From the NCBI GenBank assembly GCA_019057475.1, contig DXJO01000010.1:32001-96000 (forward strand): a stretch of 64,000 bases of DNA. The letters are read 5' to 3'. Origin of the DNA: Candidatus Thorarchaeota archaeon. GTDB lineage: Archaea; Asgardarchaeota; Thorarchaeia; Thorarchaeales; Thorarchaeaceae. The position numbers and the translations under genes are program-made. This document shows, piece by piece, positions 58,051-64,000 of the stretch. The notes under the pieces are model-generated. The model saw only the letters and a program-made list of their open reading frames with translations, searched no databases and was not told where the DNA came from. Numbering within the stretch: the stretch's first letter is position 1; each line of letters starts with the position of its first letter.

Positions 58051-59448
58051 ATGAAATCCGCTAAGTCACTCCTTGTCAAGAACGGCTACATTCTCACAAT
58101 GAATCCCCGCAGGGAGATAATCCGAGATGGGACCGTGTACATCGAAGGTCAGAAGATTATAGAAGTGGGCAAGAGTGAAGCACTGAAGAGTCGAAAGGCG
58201 GAGGTTGAGATAGACGCCCGGAATATGATCGTGATGCCTGGGCTCATTGACACCCATGTTCATCTCGCTCAAGCGCTGATTCGGGGGTGTGCCGATGATG
58301 TCGCATTGGTTGATTGGTTGAAGAACTACGTCTGGGTGTTGCAGGGGAATTTCACACATGACGATGGCAGGGTGTCAGCAGAGCTCTGTATGGCCGAGAT
58401 GATAAAGACGGGCACTACCGCTTTCGTTGAGTGCATGATTCATACTCGGTACGGTTTCGATGGCATTGCGAAAGCGGTGGAACAGGCGGGAATGAGAGGT
58501 GCGCTTTCAAAGATAATCATGGACTCCACTGGATATGCCGATAGCCCCGACATCATGTATCCTGGAATGGTCGAAGATGCTGATGCCTGCTTGAAGGAAA
58601 CAGAAACTATGCTGGCGCGCTGGCATGGAAAAGCCGACGGACGGATTCAGGTGTGGTACGGACTACGATCTCTTGGTGCTGTTAGCGAAGAGCTGTTCAA
58701 GGATGTGGGAAGACGTACTAGGTCCCACAAGACGCAAATGACAATGCATCTGGGTGAGGTGCCCGACGATGTCAGATACGTCCGGCAGAACCACGATATG
58801 AGCCTCACAGAGTTTGCTGAGACGCAGGGGCTTCTGGGACCAGAGATGATATTCGCTCACGGGATTCATTTCGAGGAATCTGATCTCAAGCGGCTAGCTG
58901 AAACACGCTCCAACGTGAGTCACTGTCCTGCAAGCAACACGAAGCTGGCTTCAGGGTTTGCCAGGATTCCTCGCATGCTGGAACTTGGTGTACCTGTTTC
59001 ACTAGGTTGTGACGGCGGACCAAGTAATAACACGTATGACATGATTCGTGAGATGCGCCTTGCAGCACTAATCCATAAGCCAATTGCTAACGACCCGTTG
59101 GTTGTCAGTGCTGAAGAAGTCATTGAGATGGCAACTCTCGGTGGTGCAGTTGCTATGGGTATCTCCGATACTGTCGGCTCTCTGGAACCCGGTAAACATG
59201 CAGATCTGATTCTTGTGGACATGAGCGATTTGGGGCTCACTCCAAACACCAATCCTGTTTCCAATCTCGTCTATGCAGGGTCTGGTCATGCGGTAGATAC
59301 AGTAGTCGTGAATGGCAGACTGCTGATGAGAAACCGGGAACTACTGACCATGGATGAAACCGAGGTGAAGAAGAAGGCTCTTAGACATAGCAAGGATCTC
59401 ATAGAGCGAGCTGGCGTGGATATCAGTCCCAAGTGGCCTGTTCTCTAG
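58051..59448 (+). CDS. Amidohydrolase, MTA/SAH/5'-deoxyadenosine deaminase-like
   Basis: DTHVH, MHLGE, AHGIH, HCPASN.KLASG, LGCDG. Confidence 0.9.
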   Translation: MKSAKSLLVKNGYILTMNPRREIIRDGTVYIEGQKIIEVGKSEALKSRKAEVEIDARNMIVMPGLIDTHVHLAQALIRGCADDVALVDWLKNYVWVLQGNFTHDDGRVSAELCMAEMIKTGTTAFVECMIHTRYGFDGIAKAVEQAGMRGALSKIIMDSTGYADSPDIMYPGMVEDADACLKETETMLARWHGKADGRIQVWYGLRSLGAVSEELFKDVGRRTRSHKTQMTMHLGEVPDDVRYVRQNHDMSLTEFAETQGLLGPEMIFAHGIHFEESDLKRLAETRSNVSHCPASNTKLASGFARIPRMLELGVPVSLGCDGGPSNNTYDMIREMRLAALIHKPIANDPLVVSAEEVIEMATLGGAVAMGISDTVGSLEPGKHADLILVDMSDLGLTPNTNPVSNLVYAGSGHAVDTVVVNGRLLMRNRELLTMDETEVKKKALRHSKDLIERAGVDISPKWPVL

Positions 59449-59459
59449 TAGTGATGGGC

Positions 59460-61055
59460 TTAGCTGAAGCCAGTGAGTGCCCAGTTGATGTGGTATACGG
59501 ACATAGCGTCCCTACCACAGATGATGTTATCATCGAGATCGACCCTATAGAGCGTGGTTAATGCGCCCCCGATATAACTCCCGAAGACCCAGAACCAGTC
59601 ATCGAAGAACACGATGTAGTCGCATCCCCTGTCGTACATGTATTGCAATGTTTCCCGTGTTGTCATGTTTCCGTGAACAATGTCGGGTGTGACCAGACCT
59701 ATTATGTCGATGACAGCCCTGTTCCCAAAGAACCTGACTGCTCCTGCATCGCAGATTGCCAAGACCGCATCCTCAGGAGTATTCTCCGCAATCCACTCGC
59801 CGATGGTCACCTGCATGTCATTGATGTTTTTCACAGCATTTCCAAAGGTCTGAGCCTGATGCGCGTAGAGCGGCTGCATGGGGACAATTAGGACTCCTAT
59901 GATGAAAATTACAGTCATAAACCTAGCACTCGTCTTGATGTCGGCATACTTCTTCAAACTCAGTGCCCATTCCAACATGAATGCGGTGCTCGTGATTGCG
60001 ACGACCAAGAATAGTGCGTGGGCGGGAATCAGATATCTAGTGTTGTTCACTAGGGACTGATACGGCATTGTAAACCTATAGAGGAGGGTCAGTGACCATG
60101 CTACAAGCCAAGGAAACGGCTTCCCTTTGATGGCAAGTACCAGACCGCTCCCGAATGCCACCCAGAGAAATGGCCATGAGCGCAGCCAATACCACCACCA
60201 TATATTCCAAGCCTCTACCCCAGCTTCGGTAGGAAGATGCACCTTCACGTAGAAAGTGTCTGGAAGTGGATATCCGGTGGCATTCAGGCAGTACAGTATC
60301 CACGGGAGAACAACTGCCAGAGAGATTGCACCCATGAGAAGGAATGAGCCCAGTCTTCGCCAGGATAGTTCGCGATGCCAAACCACCATCAGAAATCGCA
60401 CAGGAACGCAGATCAGCACAAGGATAACTCCCTCGGGTCTTGCCAGGTATGCCAGACCCAGAATGATACCAAGAATTGGATCGTACTTGATGTCCTTCTT
60501 ATCAAGAACGAAGACAGCGAGAACTAGCAGGAAGACGAAGATGGGCGCCTCCATGCCCGATAGCATAAGCCAAGTGTTGCCAGGTACTAGCACGAACCCT
60601 CCCATTGCCAAAAGGCTCCAAACCGGCTGGCCGGCGTAGTCTTGTGCAATCTTACCAACAACAAACGTGGAGGTAGCGTACAAGACTATCGCAATTACGT
60701 ACGTTCCCCAGATGATGTAGACTGGGTCATCTGTCAGAAAGAATAAGCTGGAGAGGATTATCGACCACAAGGGGCTCGTGGAACCAGTACTTGGGACGCC
60801 AGGCGAGTACTGCCAAGGGATACCCTCGTAGATGGTCCTTGCGTATTGAATGTGAATCCACGAGTCATCTAAAGGGAAACCGGGGTAGGTCCAGAGTTGC
60901 ATTGTAGAGATGTAGTGAATGCAAGTTGCCAACGTGACGAGGATTGAGAACATCAAGAGTCCTAGGTCGAGCTTGTGGACAGCAACCCAGTCCATGAACG
61001 CAGCTCGAACTCTCAGGACGAGTGCATTCCCGTTGGAATCCGGACTCTCCTCCAC
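59460..61055 (-). CDS. GT-C type membrane glycosyltransferase-like protein
   Basis: LDDSWIH.QYA, GSTSPLW, SGME, RPEG, DAGA, multiple TM segments. Confidence 0.78.
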   Translation of the reverse strand: MEESPDSNGNALVLRVRAAFMDWVAVHKLDLGLLMFSILVTLATCIHYISTMQLWTYPGFPLDDSWIHIQYARTIYEGIPWQYSPGVPSTGSTSPLWSIILSSLFFLTDDPVYIIWGTYVIAIVLYATSTFVVGKIAQDYAGQPVWSLLAMGGFVLVPGNTWLMLSGMEAPIFVFLLVLAVFVLDKKDIKYDPILGIILGLAYLARPEGVILVLICVPVRFLMVVWHRELSWRRLGSFLLMGAISLAVVLPWILYCLNATGYPLPDTFYVKVHLPTEAGVEAWNIWWWYWLRSWPFLWVAFGSGLVLAIKGKPFPWLVAWSLTLLYRFTMPYQSLVNNTRYLIPAHALFLVVAITSTAFMLEWALSLKKYADIKTSARFMTVIFIIGVLIVPMQPLYAHQAQTFGNAVKNINDMQVTIGEWIAENTPEDAVLAICDAGAVRFFGNRAVIDIIGLVTPDIVHGNMTTRETLQYMYDRGCDYIVFFDDWFWVFGSYIGGALTTLYRVDLDDNIICGRDAMSVYHINWALTGFS

Positions 61056-61136
61056 GCTACATCCTCCTAAGCTGATGCAGGCTCGGCAGTATCACCAAAT
61101 TAGTCTTTTGAACCTCACAATGGACGGTCCACATGC

Positions 61137-62366
61137 CTACGCAATTATGGCTTCTCTTTCGAACAGCTTTGCTCCGATGATCATGAATACAATCGTGAAT
61201 CCAAGAAGGTATGCGACATTCCCAAGCAGGCCGATGGGCGTGGCAGTACCTGACAGTACACCGTTAAGGAATATTATGGCATGGCTGAACGGAATCGCCA
61301 ACACAATGAGCCCGAATATACCTCCGTACTGAAGTATGCTTCCAGTGAAGCCTAGGATGCCTATGACCATTGTGGGGACGAGGAGTATGAGGTTGTTCAA
61401 GGACTCCGCTGTGGCCTGGTCCTTGGCAAGGCATGAGATCACCACTCCAATCCCAATGGCACATAGCAATACCAAGAACTGGACGAAAACTATCAGCGGC
61501 ACTGTATTCAGGTTGATTGAGTATAGATCGATGTATGCAGTTGCTTCTTGAGGCACAGTGCTCGTTGCACGAGTGATAACCAGCCAGTTGTACAGAACAA
61601 TCCCTACAACAGTGAATGCGGAGTAGATAGACGAGAGGAGCATACCTGCAGCAAGCTTTGCACCTAAAATCTTCAGCCTGCTCATTGGTACCACTAGAAG
61701 GGCTTCAAGAGTATGCTTCTCTCTCTCGCCCGCGAAGGATTTGCTCACATATGGCGACGGTGCTAGAACAGATGTTAGCATGACTAAAAAAATGGCGAGC
61801 TGGTGTCCATAGGATGCCTCAGCAGTAGTCGGAACTTCCCACGCAATCCGAAGGTTTCTCACGATTTGAATAGCGTTTATTTTGATCCTCGAGAACTCAG
61901 CCAATCTGGCAGCTGCGGCGGATGCCCGGAAGTTACCAGTATTGACAGCAATCTGGATAGTGCTATGGTTCGTTGTTTCAAGTATCTGGGTGAAGTTTGA
62001 TGGTATCCATAACCATACGGATGCTGTCCGGTTATCCCAGAGACTTTGACCAACAGACCTCTCCACGCGCACCAACTCCTCTATCAGGAGCAACTTGTCT
62101 GTCAGGTTGGCATTCTCAAGCGCAACCTGAGTGTCGATGGCGTCGTAGAGGATCTGTCCCCATCCTCCTCCATCATCAAGAGTGATGTACACGGTTTCAG
62201 GCTCTACGGCCTGCTCCACGATAAATCCGAGGAACATACCCTGAAACGTCCAAGCGAAGAGCGGACTGATGATGAAGCCAAGAAGCAGCCACCGCGAACG
62301 GAGAACAGACTTGATTTCCTTCCTTAGAATCCAGACAGTTTTCGAGTCGATTCTCATGCTCATCAT
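61137..62366 (-). CDS. ABC-2 type exporter permease
   Basis: KEIKSVLR, GEREKHTLEALLVVP...ILGAK. Confidence 0.9.
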   Translation of the reverse strand: MMSMRIDSKTVWILRKEIKSVLRSRWLLLGFIISPLFAWTFQGMFLGFIVEQAVEPETVYITLDDGGGWGQILYDAIDTQVALENANLTDKLLLIEELVRVERSVGQSLWDNRTASVWLWIPSNFTQILETTNHSTIQIAVNTGNFRASAAAARLAEFSRIKINAIQIVRNLRIAWEVPTTAEASYGHQLAIFLVMLTSVLAPSPYVSKSFAGEREKHTLEALLVVPMSRLKILGAKLAAGMLLSSIYSAFTVVGIVLYNWLVITRATSTVPQEATAYIDLYSINLNTVPLIVFVQFLVLLCAIGIGVVISCLAKDQATAESLNNLILLVPTMVIGILGFTGSILQYGGIFGLIVLAIPFSHAIIFLNGVLSGTATPIGLLGNVAYLLGFTIVFMIIGAKLFEREAIIA

Positions 62367-63127
62367 CCCTCGAATACGCCTTCTCCAGTCACAAGCCCCG
62401 TAAAGACCTCCTCAAGATTGGCGGCCTTGTACTTCTCCTCAAGCTCATTCGGCTTGCCTGTGGCTACCAGCCGCCCGTCGTTAAGAATTCCCACCCTGTG
62501 ACACAGTTCTGATACCTCGTTGAGGTCGTGTGTGGTCAACACAATCGTCCGCTTCTCTTCTGAGCTGAGCTTCTTCAGGAGGTTCCTGACGACTCGAGCC
62601 CCTATTGTGTCAATTCCGGTTGTAGGCTCGTCAAGGAATAATACCTCTGGCTCTATTACAAGCGCCCTTGCAACCAGAACCTTCCTTTTCATACCGCCGC
62701 TGAACCCCTTGACTTGGTAGTCCTCTTTCTCGCGTAAGCCGACGATGTCCAGTAGTCTGTCTGCTCGGCGGTGGAGCTCGTCTTCGGGGATACCATATAG
62801 GCCACCATAGTAAACGATGTTCTCGCGTGCAGTCAATCGCTCGTAGATCCCCGCTTCTTGGGGTAGAAGAGCTACTCTTGGCCGGATGTAATCTATGTCC
62901 TCGACGACATCTTTTCCCAACACCCAAGCTTGCCCCTCTGTGGGAGTCAAGAGACCCACCAGAACGCGGATGAGAGTTGTCTTCCCCGCTCCGTTCGGGC
63001 CAATCAGCCCAAAGACCTCCCCGCGGCCTATCTCAAGGTTGACATGGTCTAGTGCAGTGACCTCCCTCTTCTTGCCCTTCTCGAAAACCTTGGAGAGGTT
63101 CTCGGTCCTAATGACTATGTCATCCAT
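62363..63127 (-). CDS. ABC transporter ATP-binding protein
   Basis: GPNGAGKTT, FSGGM, LDEPT, TTH. Confidence 0.95.
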   Translation of the reverse strand: MDDIVIRTENLSKVFEKGKKREVTALDHVNLEIGRGEVFGLIGPNGAGKTTLIRVLVGLLTPTEGQAWVLGKDVVEDIDYIRPRVALLPQEAGIYERLTARENIVYYGGLYGIPEDELHRRADRLLDIVGLREKEDYQVKGFSGGMKRKVLVARALVIEPEVLFLDEPTTGIDTIGARVVRNLLKKLSSEEKRTIVLTTHDLNEVSELCHRVGILNDGRLVATGKPNELEEKYKAANLEEVFTGLVTGEGVFEG

Positions 63128-63152
63128 GATTTGCGCATTCCTGTTCTGGTTG

Positions 63153-63920
63153 TTATTTAATGTGGTCTATCTTTGGAAAGGGCGGTTCCCCTTTCAGATC
63201 CAGCATGAACTTGTGGGCTCTATCGATGTTCTTGTCCTCTCCCTCTATGAAGAGAGTGATGCTACCTTCCGCACCATTGACGCCTCCCGCAGCGAAGGGG
63301 ATAGCTGAAACATCGAATAGCGCATCAATGGCCTCCATCTCGGTGAAGGCTATGCCCTCTGGCACTGCTATAACGCCAACTGGCGTTCCAATGGCGTAGT
63401 CCCAATCGTCTTTTCCGAATTGGCCAGCGAAATCATCATAGGCGACGGGGATGTTCTTCTCGAGACCTATCGGCATAATTATCGTGATATTCTTTGAAGC
63501 CGCAGTGCCGAGGAAGGAACCGACTGTTCCTCCGGTTGGACTTGCCAGGAGAACGACCGGAGTGTAGTCTGCATCTAAGGCATTTGCGCTCTTGATAATC
63601 ACGTCGTCTGGTCCCAACTCCTCTAGGACATCAATGATCTTCTTGCCTTTGAGATGCTTCCCCTTGTGAAAGATTGCGTCGGAAGATCTGCTCTCAGCTT
63701 CGGTTACTGACAATCCCTGAGGCAAAACCACACCAGCTATGTGTCGTGTCTTGTCGTATTCTCCTAGTATCTCTTCCACGAGATAGGAGGAGGTTGTACC
63801 CAGAGTCACGCAGAGGTAACCGTTCTTCAGGGCTTCCTTAACCGTATCTGTGGCAAGGAGGCCTCTCGCGATTAGCCTCTTACTCTCGGCCGGTGTCAGT
63901 GTCACAAGCAGCTTCTTCAT
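63153..63920 (-). CDS. Conserved hypothetical protein
   Basis: LTPAESKRLIA, GTT, KSANA, GLEK, GGVNGAEG. Confidence 0.75.
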   Translation of the reverse strand: MKKLLVTLTPAESKRLIARGLLATDTVKEALKNGYLCVTLGTTSSYLVEEILGEYDKTRHIAGVVLPQGLSVTEAESRSSDAIFHKGKHLKGKKIIDVLEELGPDDVIIKSANALDADYTPVVLLASPTGGTVGSFLGTAASKNITIIMPIGLEKNIPVAYDDFAGQFGKDDWDYAIGTPVGVIAVPEGIAFTEMEAIDALFDVSAIPFAAGGVNGAEGSITLFIEGEDKNIDRAHKFMLDLKGEPPFPKIDHIK

Positions 63921-64000
63921 CGTATCAATCTCCTCGTTATTCTCGTGATGCTGTCCATTTGAATTTGTAGGCTCCGATTTTCTCCAGATATGGTTATCTT

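Overview
Archaeal genomic window, most consistent with an Asgard archaeon (Thorarchaeia-like). This is inferred from gene content: roadblock protein, Get3-like ATPase, GGGP synthase, two TFBs, archaeal LeuRS and an archaeal-type Sec machinery. Main content: (1) a left-end locus with a >730-aa ORF missed by the ORF track (RecB/Cas4-type PD-(D/E)XK nuclease plus a HerA-like motif region), divergently paired with a 558-aa TnpB. The TnpB has a rearranged, Fanzor-type RuvC site, is flanked by structured RNA elements and has no adjacent transposase. (2) Housekeeping genes: hypD, mobA, hdrA, map, tfb, aIF1/SUI1, rpo12, endA, uppP, leuS, trmO. (3) A compact selenocysteine cluster: selB, SepSecS, two unknown ORFs, tRNA-Sec(UCA) at 30504-30594, and pstK. 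(4) A complete IS5-family (IS903-like) element with 12-bp inverted repeats and a 9-bp target duplication. (5) A ~17-kb redox/catabolic region with two W/Mo AOR-family enzymes, a cyclic amidohydrolase, an atypical PreA/DHOD-like flavoprotein, an MvhD-ferredoxin fusion and two MetV-like proteins. No CRISPR array, rRNA or convincing in-frame UGA selenoprotein was seen. All calls come from manual motif reading; no searches were run.
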